From the human T2T-CHM13v2.0 reference genome, Homo sapiens, in NCBI RefSeq assembly GCF_009914755.1, contig NC_060937.1: a DNA stretch of 64,000 bases; one strand, given 5' to 3'. The notes under the pieces were generated by a model. That model searched no databases. It saw only the letters and a program-made list of their open reading frames with translations, and had not been told where the DNA came from. Shown here one piece after another: positions 49,489 through 64,000 of the stretch (position 1 is its first letter; every line of letters starts with the position of its first letter). A program made the position numbers and the translations under genes.

Positions 49489-50589
49489 GTAGCTCATCAT
49501 GTATCTCATAAGAAGTGAACATTCAGAATACGTAAAGAACTCCTACAGAGAGACTACCAGAAGCAGAGAGGAGCAAACACATTTTCACACTAGGGCACCT
49601 CCTATCTCTCCTGGATTCTAATTAGGGCAGAGTAAGTGCTAGTTCTCTGCCAACCCAGGATTAGGCCCTGCAGCTGCAGTGAAAATAATCACAGAAGAAA
49701 ACTAAGAAATAAAAAATGGAGAAAGTGAGACATCAAACTAGAATTACTAGAAACCCCCAGGAAGAAGGAAAAAAAAAAAACCCAAGAAAACAGAAAAACA
49801 ATCAAACGAGTTAATTAAACCTTGTGGTGCGACCCGAAGATCAGGGTTTCCTAAAGGAGTGGAAATTTATTGACTTGAAGAGTATTTATTGATTACTGAT
49901 TTGAAGAGGAAGAAAAACCATGAATGGTCTAAAGCAAAAGCCTAGTGTCTGAAGAAGTCAGTAGGGTGAAAATAAGAGCTGGCCAGAATGTCCACAGATG
50001 GTGACAAGTTTGCAAAGCCTTTACTAGACTACTTGTGAGGTTAACTAGAGGCCAAGGAGCCAATACTGCCCCTGTCCTTACAGAGAGACCCTACACAGGA
50101 TTCCCAGATATACATGGAAGGACAACATCTTATCAGCTCCTCTCTGTGCAGATGTGGTTATCATTCCAAATAATGAGCTCCAGCCCCAAGACCGTTCCAT
50201 CCTCAATTGCTTTGAGTGGGCAATGTAGGCTCTCCACACACGAGCTACATGTAGGTTCCTTGGGTACCCAGATGGGAGCCGTGAAACACAAACCCTCCAT
50301 GGTCAGGTCCGTATCTGTTTCCTGCCTTTTTCCCAGCAATCCCCAGGCCTCAGCAGCAGTGGTCTACGTCTGCTGATTCTCATTCAGAATCTAAACTTAG
50401 AAACAATTATAACCTAGACCCCAATTCTACCTGAAAGTAACAGAATAACATAATCTATACCCTGCAGCATGACTGTTTGCCCAACGTAATGAGGATGAAC
50501 TGAGAGATAATGAATGATCATGACCCTGGCCCAAGTAACAAGAATGAACTGTGAAATAAATGAATGGTCATGACCAAAAAACCCCGCTA

Positions 50590-51702
<1,113 letters not shown>

Positions 51703-51813
51703 TATAAAAAATTATTTCAAAAAGCCAAAAGATTAATCAAACTGGAATATTTAGAAATATTTAACCCAAAAGAAGTTAGGAAAGAATATATAGAAGATCA
51801 AAAGACAGATGAA

Positions 51814-52112
51814 GGCCAGGCATGGTGGCTCATGCCTGTAATCTGAACACTTTGGGAGGCCATGGTTGTTAGATTGCTTGAGCTCAGGAGTTCAAGACCA
51901 GCCTGTGCAACATGGCAAAACCCTATCTCTACAAAAAATATAAAAATTAACCAGGTGTGGTGCCATGCACGTGTAGTCCCAGCTACTCAGGGGGCTCAAG
52001 TGAGGATTGGTTGGGCCTGGGAGGCAGAGTTTGCAGTGAGCCAAGATTGCACTACTGCACTACAGTCTGGGTGACAGAGCAAGACCCTGTCTTAAAAAAA
52101 AATAAAAAAAAA
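51814..52112 (+). mobile_element. Alu (AluJ-like)
   Basis: ggccaggcatggtggctcatg..gattgcttgagctcaggagttc. Confidence 0.9.
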
Positions 52113-52124
52113 TAGAAAATAAGT

Positions 52125-52910
52125 AGAAAAATGGCAGACCTAAATCCAACCTTAGCAATGATTAGTTACAATGTAACTGGACAAATACTCTACTTAAGAC
52201 AGAGACTGCCAGACCTGAGAGGAAGGCAAGACCCAAAAATATGGCATCCACAGAGACACAATTTAAACACAAAGATACAAAGTATGAGAAAAAATATGCT
52301 ATGCAGACACTAATCGTAAAAATATGCTATTCAGACACTAATCATAAAAAGCTTCAACAGAGATGTTAACACTAGATGAAAGAGGCTTCAGAACAAAATA
52401 TATCACCAGAAATAAACAGGGTAATTTAATAAAAATAAAAGAATCAGAGACGATGATGTTACAATTATAAATTGTGCCTCAAAGTGCATACAAAGTACAC
52501 ACACACACACACAGAGCCTCAACGTATGTGAATCAAAAACAACAGAACAAAAGCAGGAAATTGACAATCCAAAATTATAGCTGGTGAATTAATACTGCTC
52601 TCTCAGTAACTGATGGAACAACCAGATAAAAATATAGGAAAAATACGGATCTAAATGACAAAATCCTGACCCAAATGGTACTTGGCAGTACCAAGATAGA
52701 CTCTATGTCGATCGATTGAGAAAAGGTTCAAGCCTGAAATAGTATACAAAGTATGTTGTCTGAACACTTGAAATTAAATTAGAAACCAACAACAAATTGA
52801 TATCCAGAAAAGCCTCAAATGTCTGAAAACCAAGTAATAAACTTTGAAATATCCTGTGAGTCAAAAAAGTATTCACAAGGGGAACTGGAATGTATTTGGA
52901 ACAAACTTGT
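52125..52910 (+). mobile_element. Ancient L1M ORF2 endonuclease-region fragments
   Basis: atggcagacctaaatccaacc..aatgtaactggac; ctctcagtaactgatggaacaaccag. Confidence 0.6.
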
Positions 52911-52937
52911 TATAAAAAGCTCATTTCTGGTAGACTA

Positions 52938-53866
52938 AAGGTGACAAATTCTTTCCTGCTCCTGTCTCTGTGAGAACCAATTCCCCTTAAACCTTGCCCA
53001 GACTACTGACTTGTTTGGCCAACAGAAGGTGACAAAGGTGGTATTTGGGGACTTCAGAAGCCAGGCTGAGAAAACAGAACACTTATCCAGGAGAAAGCCA
53101 GTCACCAGGCAGGAAATCCCACTCCCCTGAGACCTCATGATGGAAACCACATGGCCAGTCCATGACTAGCTACACGCATTGACATCCCCCACTGAGCCTC
53201 CAGCAACACCGACTCCCAACAACTAGTGAGCCTCCAGCAACATCCACTCCCAACCACTAGTGGGCCACCCTGCACACCACCCCACTGTGCTTTCACACAA
53301 TCCAGCTTGGCTGCAAATGTGTGTGAGATGAGCTGGCCACCAAGACTCTCTAAGCCAAACAACAAGTAATAATGAGTTGTTTTAAGCTGCCAACTTTTGG
53401 GGATGGTTTCTTCAGAACAGATAACTGGAACAGAATATGGCAGCTGGAAATGAGCTGCTGTGGTAATCAGAAGCTACAATATGTGCCACGACTGTGAGGC
53501 TGACCTGTAACTGGGTCTCAAGGAGACCATTCATGCAACCTGGAAAGGCATCAAGACTCTTGGTCAGGGCCTGAAGGACGGTGAGAAAATGTCATTGGAA
53601 ACTGGAGAAAAGGCCTGAGAGTTACGTGTTGAGGGACTGTGGGAAAACTACGACCACAACATGGAAACTGAAAGGGCACTGCATCATCTCAGGGATCTGC
53701 CTAAGGAGACATCTGGGAAGAACATGGAAAGTGCTACCAGCCTCCCCTAACTGTCACTGAATAAATATGACAGGAGAGGGACATGATCTAAAGAAGGAGG
53801 TTCAGTTTTCAAACAGAATTTAGAGAAAATATAAAGAAATAATTTCTTGTCTCAAAAGGCCAAAGT

Positions 53867-53897
<31 letters not shown>

Positions 53898-55072
53898 GAA
53901 AAAAAAATGAAAAAGAAGCCATTGAATACCCTATTGACCATAAGAAAAAGGCAGGGAAAGTTGGTCAACAGCAACCCAGGCACTGAAGGAAAAAGAACAT
54001 GGAGAATGACAAAAGCCCAGAGGGAGGAGTAAAAGGACACAAACACCATTCTCAGGGACCGGGACTGGGCGCCGTTCTCAGGGACCAGGACTGGGCACTA
54101 ATCACAGAACTGTAACAGGCGCCCCATGGGAATGACCAACTGTTAAACGGGGCCTGCAGGGCAGCACCTCCCTCCTGCCTCCCACCAACAGCTTCTAAAG
54201 GGAAATGTCGACTGTTTTCACAGCAGTCCCCTCACTGTGGCTGTGTGTGTCGGGCGCAGATGACAGGCCACCACAACCTGATTCAGTCCCCACTGTGGCT
54301 GTGTGTGGGGGGTCAGATGACAGGCTACCACAACCTGATTCAGTCCCCACTGTGGCTGTGTGTCGGGGGTCAAATGACAGGCCACCACAACCTGATTCAG
54401 TCCTCACTGTGTCTGTGTGTGTGGGTGCAGATGACAGGCCACCACAACCTGATTCAGGATTCAGTTGGGCTACCAGCCAGTGCCATAAGGAAAACCATTC
54501 TGGGGCTCTTGAGAGGGGCAAAGCATAATTTCCATGTGGGAGAAACGTTAATAGTTTGTGGCCAGAGGACAAGCTGTGGTTTATGAAAGACTGCTGCAGG
54601 TTCCTACTATGCTCCTCATCAAGAGGTGGAATCTAATCACCTTCCCACCTTGAATCATGGCTGATCTCAGTGATGAGTACGACTGGACAGTGTGGCAGGA
54701 GAGATGCTCTGGGACTTCTGAGGGATGATCATGAGAGACCTTACAGCTTCTGCCTGGGCCTCTTGGACACACACCCTGGGAGAAGCCAGACAAACCTGAC
54801 TACCTGACTGCCAGACTGGGAGGAAGTCCGTGCTGGCCACAAAGAGAGGGCTGGGTGCCTGCTCCATGTCCCCAGCCACTAGAGTCCTTCTGGGTGCCTG
54901 CTTCACGTCCCCAGCCACTAGAGTCCTTACAGATGAGACCAGGGAGATCATGAAGCAACAAACCCACACCACCCTGTCCAGTGTCTTGACCAAGAAAATT
55001 GTGACATGTAAAAAGAATAAATTCCTGGTTTAAGCCAGTAAGGTTACTGGTACATTGTTACATCTCAGATAA
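52938..55072 (+). mobile_element. MLT1-type MaLR: LTR (~52938-53430), decayed internal region, LTR (~54575-55072)
   Basis: LTR ends tgttttaagctgccaacttttggggatggttt..cagataactggaaca and ttcctggtttaagccagtaagg..tgttacatctcagataattaaaa; MaLR-int motif gtgagaaaatgtcattggaaactggag. Confidence 0.65.
54225..54457. repeat. 57-bp minisatellite, 4 copies
   Basis: (g/a)atgacaggc.accacaacctgattcag at 54259, 54316, 54373, 54430. Confidence 0.9.
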
Positions 55073-55803
55073 TTAAAACCTTGAAAAACTCATGAGAGAT
55101 CACAAGTAGAACCTTGATCTGAAACATGGCATGTGGCGATTTATATTGAGTATTAGGTTAAAAATGCAAGAAAGGAGCATAGTTAATATTTTACATTAAA
55201 GCTAAAACTATAATTGCCTACTTAATATTTTCAGTAATTAGGTTGTCACTTTTTGTTCTTAACCAAGAAATCAATTAGTTTTAGTCCATAAACAGTTAGA
55301 ACTGATATACACATCCGTTTTTCCTTACTCATTTTAAACAGCTATCTGAAATAGGAAGCGTAATATAATCTTTAAAGAATCTGAAAACATGACAGAAATG
55401 TTTAAACTATAAACATATATTGTATATGTTAGCATATTGTATACATTGCATATTAACATAAGCTAGAATCATTGACATAAATTTATATAGACAAAAGGTA
55501 GAAAATATGACAATGTTCTTCTTGTTTTCTGTCTTTGCATATTTCTTTATTGGCGCTTGTCAAACGTGACCCACTAACTCCTGAATGCTTTCTCTCTCCC
55601 CATGGATTCCTAAGGATGTCACCACAGTTTTGGCCAGATGTACAGGTCACAGGGGACTGAATCTCATCACCCCACAAACATACCATTCAGGTTTTGCCAA
55701 GAATGACACTGTAAATATAACAAAGCTTTCGTGCTTGTTAGTGAACACCAACTCAGCTCCTCTACTGTATTCAGAAATCAGGATGAGATGAAAACAACGA
55801 GCA

Positions 55804-56105
<302 letters not shown>

Positions 56106-56508
56106 AAAAGAACAAGGAAACAAAAGTAACAAAGCTTGACACCAGATGAGCCTGAATCTAACCAAGAAAAGCCCAGAAGAAATCCCATTTTGGGTCACTG
56201 GCTGCATGGTAGTAATACCAAATACATAAGGGAAGAGAGGAGGAGGTGGCTTTCACTTTGAATTTTTTGAGCTTAAGGTAACTTTTGTGTAGCTACAAAG
56301 AAGCATTCAACAGAGAGTTAAACTTATGATGGAAAGACTGAAGGGGTCCAAGCTGTAGAGAAACAGGACTGCAAACCACAAAGGGCTGAATCAGTCAAGG
56401 AGAACTGCAGGGCGGGATGAACAGGGACCAACGGAACATTTGGATAAGCTGTTGAGAAGAAAGGAGAATTCAGAGAAAAAGAACTGTCAGTGAGGTCATA
56501 ATAGGAAC

Positions 56509-56984
56509 TGTTACAGTGAACTAAATATGGCCTGGGAAGGACTCTGTACTTCTAGATTTGAGTCCCTGTGGACAAACTGCAACCTAACTTAATAGGTAGA
56601 AAGACTGAAAACCTAACTTAGGAGTATGCGCCTGTAACTATAGCTGAGTCCTGACCAATCCCAACAGCCAAACTTCTGCCACTCACACACTGCTGAGTGT
56701 TCAGCTGTGTTCAAATAAGGCAAATGCTGAGCACTGTAACCAGTCCAGTTGTTTCTGGACCTCACTGCTGAGAACTGTAACAGACTCAGGTGCTTCTGGA
56801 CCTCACTCCTCACTTCAGACTTCTGTACATCACGTTCCCTTTATTGTCTATAAATCTTCCACCATGTAGCTGTGCTGGAGTCTCACCAAATCTGCTGTGA
56901 TTCTGGGGGCTGCCTGATTCGTGAATCATTCATTGCTCAATTAAGTTCCTTTAAATTTAATTCAGCTGAAGATTTTCTTTTAAT
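56509..56984 (+). mobile_element. MER57-family ERV1 5' LTR
   Basis: tgttacagtgaactaaatatggcctg..gtgttcaaataaggcaaa..ttaaatttaattcagctgaagattttctttt matches recalled MER57 consensus. Confidence 0.8.
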
Positions 56985-56987
56985 AGA

Positions 56988-57005
56988 TGGTATCAGAAGT
57001 GGGAT
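56988..57005 (+). promoter_or_regulatory. Retroviral primer-binding site (tRNA-Leu-like)
   Basis: tggtatcagaagtgggat immediately after the LTR; one mismatch to TGGTGTCAGAAGTGGGAT. Confidence 0.65.
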
Positions 57006-57125
57006 CTGTGGTAGCAGGACTGCTAGGGCCTCCGGAGTTATAGTGTGGTGAGCAGTGTTGCTAGGGCTTCTAATGACCCCCAGGAGTGCTGAGGTACAAG
57101 AAAGGCACCTGCAAGGACTGCTCTG

Positions 57126-58385
57126 TGATGGCAGCAGTGGCCCACGTGGATAAGTTGCTACGGAGACACTGGCTGCTGTGGGGAGGAGTGGCTGGGGCTG
57201 TGCGCTCCTCGAAGCTGGTGGGAGCCAGGAACGGGGGGGAGCCCCACCCCTTCTAAATTGGTAGGCAGGAGCCCCGCCCTCCCAGGCACAGCTGCAGACA
57301 TCCAGCCATGACTGCAAACCCGGGCATCTTTGCACTCTCAGAGGCCCAGCAAGCCCCCCTGCCCCCGCAGGCTCAGTTGTACCTGGTCCCACCACCTGGC
57401 GTCTCCGCTCCCAGAGCCCACTCCAACTTCGGATCCAAGTTGAGGCTGAACCCGGGTACAGTCGCAACCCAGCCCAGTTTGTGCAAGCTCAGGGCAGTGC
57501 TGACATGCCAGCCCCCTGCCACCTCAGCCCCCTCCAGACTTTGGGCACTGACGAGCACAGGAGGGAGGTTGAGGTGGGGCTAAGGGTGGCTCAGCACTGG
57601 CCTGAAGGCACTCCTCAGCTCGAACAGCCTGGGCATCGTGTGCACAGCTAACCACCGTGCATCTCTCTCAGCTGCTGAGAGCTGAACAGACGTTGGGATG
57701 ACCTGCCTGCAGAAAGGAGCTACCCACTGCAGGTCTCCTCTGAGCTGTACTGTTGCTCAATAAAGCACCTCTTCACCTTGCTCACCTTCTACTTGCCCAC
57801 ATACCTCATTCTTCCTGGACTCAGGACAAGAACTCGGGACCTGCCAACTAGCAGGGCTGAAAGAGTTGCAACATAAACAGGGCTGAAACGCACCCCTTGC
57901 TTGCCAAATTGCAGGCAAGAAGAAGAGAAGAGAGAAGGAGAGAAGAGCTGTGGCCCTTCAGGGAGCCCAGACCTAGGAGCTCCCCAAGCCAGGGCTGTGA
58001 CACCTTCTTTGGGGCTCTGTAGTTCCTGCATCTCTAAGCTTCTGGGCACCACTGCATTCCCTGATACCCACAGTGGAAGCTGTTTGCAGTCGGCCTGGTC
58101 CAGCTGCAGCCTCACAGGGAGCTGGCACCTGTGCCGGTGCCTGGAGCTGCCCACACCACTGCAGCTGGCATGCTTGGCTGTGTGCAGTGGCCAGATCCCA
58201 TGCTCGCTTGCTCACACACCCTTCACTGCTCTGTACCCAGCTCACCCTTGGCAGGTGTGGGATCCAGACCACTAGCATGAGCCGAGTGGACAGAACGAAC
58301 CCAGTGGGCTCGAGCAAAACACAGGTAAATGTGCCACCAGCCAGAGGTTTCAGGCAGAAAATTGATGCCTCAGGATTCTGTAACA
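57126..58385 (+). mobile_element. MER52-family solo LTR nested in MER57 internal sequence
   Basis: Begins tgatggcagcagtggccc, has aataaagcacctcttcaccttgctcacc, ends ggattctgtaaca. Confidence 0.75.
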
Positions 58386-59720
58386 CTTGTGCCCTTTGAC
58401 CTCTCAGAGCAGCTGGGTATCGTGGTAAATTCTCTCTCGGATTTCAGAGCTCCATGGATTTGTGTTTTGAGCTCTGAGTTTCTTTGAGCAAATTTCTGTT
58501 CCAAACTGCTATCCGGCCATGACTGGCTGGATGTTTTAGAAGTTATGACAGAAACGGGACCGGGTCCAGGATCAGATTTGATCCAGTAGTTAACTGGCTT
58601 GAATCCAGTTCCAGTTAGAGGCCTCCTACATCTGAATGGGTCAGAAGGAAAGTGGTAGCAAATGATAATATTGGAGGGTTGTAAAATTTGGCTTTTCAAA
58701 ATTCACAGGGATTTTTGTGTTCTACCCCTTTGTTTCATTTTCCTCGCATGCTTAGGTAGGAAAAAAAAATCATTGGCTAAGTCAATCAAGGGAACCTGGG
58801 AGTAAAGCCAATATATTAGGTAAAAATAGGATCCTTAATTTGTGGAAAACTAAGTTCCTTCTGGCTAATTCATTAGGCCTGGGAAGCAGCAAAGTCTTAC
58901 AGAAATGGCAAAATCTTACTAAAGATAACTTACAGTGGAACATTCCAAATGAATAATGCCCTGAAGTGCATTTAAAAATGAGGGCTCCCAAATTAGTCTC
59001 ACTTAGGGATGCCTATTAATATGCAGAAGCTTCTAAAAAGATTTAGAGATGGCACGGCCTATCTGGGAGCAAGTTTGAGTCTTACCAGTTTGACACTGTG
59101 TGCTAAGCAAAGTGGCTCGTGTCTATGTTTTGTCACATGTATTTTGCTCTGAGCAGAATGAAAAATGTTAATTTGGTTACTCCAAGCAACCCCTTGGGCA
59201 GCATCTTGCAAAGCTGAGTGGATTCTTCCTGTGGCTCCATGATTTCCATTGTGATGCAGCTTGGCCCCCAGAGCTATAATGTGGTGAGGAGGGTGACAGA
59301 GCAAGACGCTATCTTTAAAAAAAACATGGCCAGGGGCAGTGGCTCACGCCTGTAATCCCAACACTTGGGGAGGCCGAGACAGGTGGATCACCTGAGGTCA
59401 GGAGTTCAGGGCCAGCCAGACCAACAAGGAAAAACCCTGTCTCTACTAAAAACACAAAATTAGCTGGGCATGGTGGGGCATGCCTCTAATCCCAGCTACT
59501 CAGGAGGCTGGGGCGGGAGAATCGCTTGAACCTGGGAGGCAGGGGATTGCAGTAAACCAAGATCGCACCATTGCACTCCAGCCTGGGCAACGAGAGGTAA
59601 AATCCATCTCAAAAAAAAAAAAAAAAGAATAATAGATTTGCCTATAAGGTTTTATGAAAAAGTGGGTGACATTTGGCTTTCTCTCTTTAAAGAACATTTT
59701 CAGAAAATATTAAAAAATAA
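58386..59720 (+). mobile_element. MER57-int (ERV1 internal) continuation, interrupted by an Alu
   Basis: ttctctctcggatttcagagctccatggatttgtgttttgagctctgag; context downstream of MER57 LTR/PBS. Confidence 0.6.
59328..59626 (+). mobile_element. Alu (AluS-like)
   Basis: ggccaggggcagtggctcacgcctgtaatccc..polyA. Confidence 0.9.
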
Positions 59721-59733
59721 TGGGAGGAGGAGC

Positions 59734-59744
59734 CAAGATGGCCG
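59734..59744 (+). promoter_or_regulatory. L1 5'UTR YY1 site
   Basis: caagatggccg at the canonical position. Confidence 0.8.
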
Positions 59745-60762
59745 AATAGGAACAGCTCCACTCTACAGCTCCCAGCATGAACGACGCAGAAGATGGGTGA
59801 TTTCTGCATTTCCATTTGAGGTACTGGGTTCATCTCACTAGGGAGTGCCAGACAGTGGGTGCAGGACAGTGGGTGAAGTGCACTGTGCACTAGCCGAAGC
59901 AGGGCAAGGCATTGCCTCACTCGGGAAGCACAAAAGGTCAGGGAGTTAGTTCCCTTTCCTGGTCAAGGAAAGGGGTGAGAGATGGCACCTGGAAAATTGG
60001 GCCACTCCCACCCTAATACTGTGCTTTTCTGATGGGCTTAGGAAACGGCGCACCAGGAGATTACATCCTGCACCTGGCTCGGAGGGTCCTACGCCCATGG
60101 GATCTCGCTAATTGCTAACACAGCAGTCTGAGATCAAACTGCAAGGCGGCAGCGAGGCTGGGGGAAGGGCACCGGCCATTGCCCAGGCTCTCTTAGGTAA
60201 ACAAAGCAGCCAGGAAGCTCAAACTGGGTGGAGCCCACCACAGCTCAAGGAGGCCTGCCTGCCTCTGCAGGCTTCACCTCTGGGGGCAGGGCACAGACAA
60301 ACAAAAAGACAGCAGTAACCTCTGCAGACTTAAATGTCCCTGTCTGACAGATTTGAGGAGAGCAGTGGATCTCTCAGCACGCAGCTGGAGATCTGAGAAT
60401 GGGCAGACTGCCTCCTCAAGTGGGTCCCAGACCCCTGACCCCTGAGCAGCCTAACTGGGAGGAACCCCCCAGTAGGGGCAGACTGACACCTCACACGACC
60501 GGGTACTCCTCTGAGACAAAACTTCCAGAGGAACGATCAGACAGCAGCATTCGCAGATCACGAAAATCCATGGTTTTGCAGACACCACTGCTGATACCCA
60601 GGCAAACAGAGTCTGGAATGGGTCTCTAGCAAACTCCAACAGACCTTAAGCTGAGGGTACTGTCTGTTAGAAGGAAAACTAACAAACAGAAAGGACATCC
60701 ACACCAAAAACCCATCTGTACATCACCATCATCAAAGGCCAAAAGTAGATAAAACCACAAAG

Positions 60763-61778
60763 ATGGGGTGAAAACAGAGCAGAAAAGCTGGAAACTCTAA
60801 AAAGCAGAAAACCTCTCCTCCTCCAAAGGAATGCAGTTCCTCACCAGCAATGGAACAAAGCTGGACAGAGAATGACTTTGACGAGCTGAGAGAAGAAGGC
60901 TTCCAACGATCAAACTACTCCGAGCTACAGGGAAAAATTCAAACCAAAGGCAAAGAAGTTGAAAACTTTGAAAAAACTTTAGACGAATGTATAACTAGAA
61001 TAACCAATATAGAGAAGTGCTTAAAGGAGCTGATGGAGCTGAAAGCCAAGGCTGGAGAACTACATGAAGAATGCAGAAGCCTCAGGAGCTGATGCGATCA
61101 ACTGAAGAAAGGGTATCAGTGATGGAAGATGAAATGAATGAAATGAAGTGAGAAGGGAAGTTTAGAGAAAAAAGAATAAAAAGAAATGAACAAAGCCTCC
61201 AAGAAATATGTGACTATGTGAAAAGACCAAATCTATGTCACATTCAGGTACCTGAAAGTGACAGGGAGAATGGAACCAAGTTGGAAAACACTCTGCAGGA
61301 TATTATCCAAGAGAACTTCCCCAATCTAGCAAAGCAGGGCAACATTCAGATTCAGGAAATACAGAGAACGCCACAAAGATACTCCTCGAGAACAGCAACT
61401 CCAAGACACATCATTGTCAGATTCACCAAAGTTGAAATGAAGGAAAAAATGTTAAGGGCAGCCAGAGAGAAAGGTCGGGTTACCCACAAAGGGAAGCCCA
61501 TCAGACTAACTGCTGATCTCTCGGCAGAAACTCTACAAGCCAGAAGAGAGTGGGGGCCAATATTCAACATTTTTAAAGAAAAGAATTTTCAACCCAGAAT
61601 TTCATATCCAGCCAAACTAAGCTTCATAAGTGAAGGAGAAATAAAATACTTTACAGACAACCAAATGCTGAGAGATTTTGTCATCACCAGGCCTGCCCTA
61701 AAAGAGCTCCTGAAGGAAGCACTAAACATGCAAAGGCACAATCGGTACAAACCACTGCAAAAACATGACAAATTGTAA
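60763..61778 (+). pseudogene. L1 ORF1p, disabled
   Basis: ATG GGG TGA stop at codon 3, further stop at ~61090; fragments MEQSWTENDFDELREEGF.. and KRPNL..ENGTKLENTLQDIIQENFPNL..YPAKLSF. Confidence 0.9.
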
Positions 61779-61826
61779 AGACCATCAAGACTAGGAAGAA
61801 ACTGCATCAACTAACGAGCAAAATAA

Positions 61827-64000
<2,174 letters not shown>

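Noticed and set aside
54195-54586. 107-125-aa ORFs with 19-aa repeats
   Set aside because: Produced by the 57-bp minisatellite in several frames
56937-58399. Several 100-176-aa ORFs
   Set aside because: Chance ORFs in a GC-rich MER52 LTR, on both strands

Overview
Primate (human/great-ape-like) pericentromeric segmental-duplication DNA with no intact protein-coding gene and no prokaryote-type system. The left 39 kb is a mosaic duplicon present twice. Its order is SNX18 pseudogene fragment, MST-type MaLR LTR element, degenerate GGTCAGTGGGG 14-15-mer array. Copy A (~2.9-20.6 kb) expanded its MaLR part into five ~3.2-kb units. Copy B (~29.1-35.35 kb) expanded a ~635-bp hairpin-containing unit four times and ends at a 3.9-kb 48-bp CER satellite. 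Between them lie an ACTB 3'UTR/polyA fused to an ANKRD26/POTE-type coiled-coil exon (a relic of the POTE-actin junction), old L1s and ERV pieces. The right 25 kb is ordinary repeat-dense DNA: old L1M, full-length Tigger1, 14 Alus, Tigger4a, MLT1, MER57/MER52 and a dead 5'-intact L1PA3/4. The most unusual signal is a high density of short inverted, locally templated insertions and foldbacks in the left half. Family names come from recalled consensus sequences, not database searches, and boundaries are approximate (about +/-10-30 bp).
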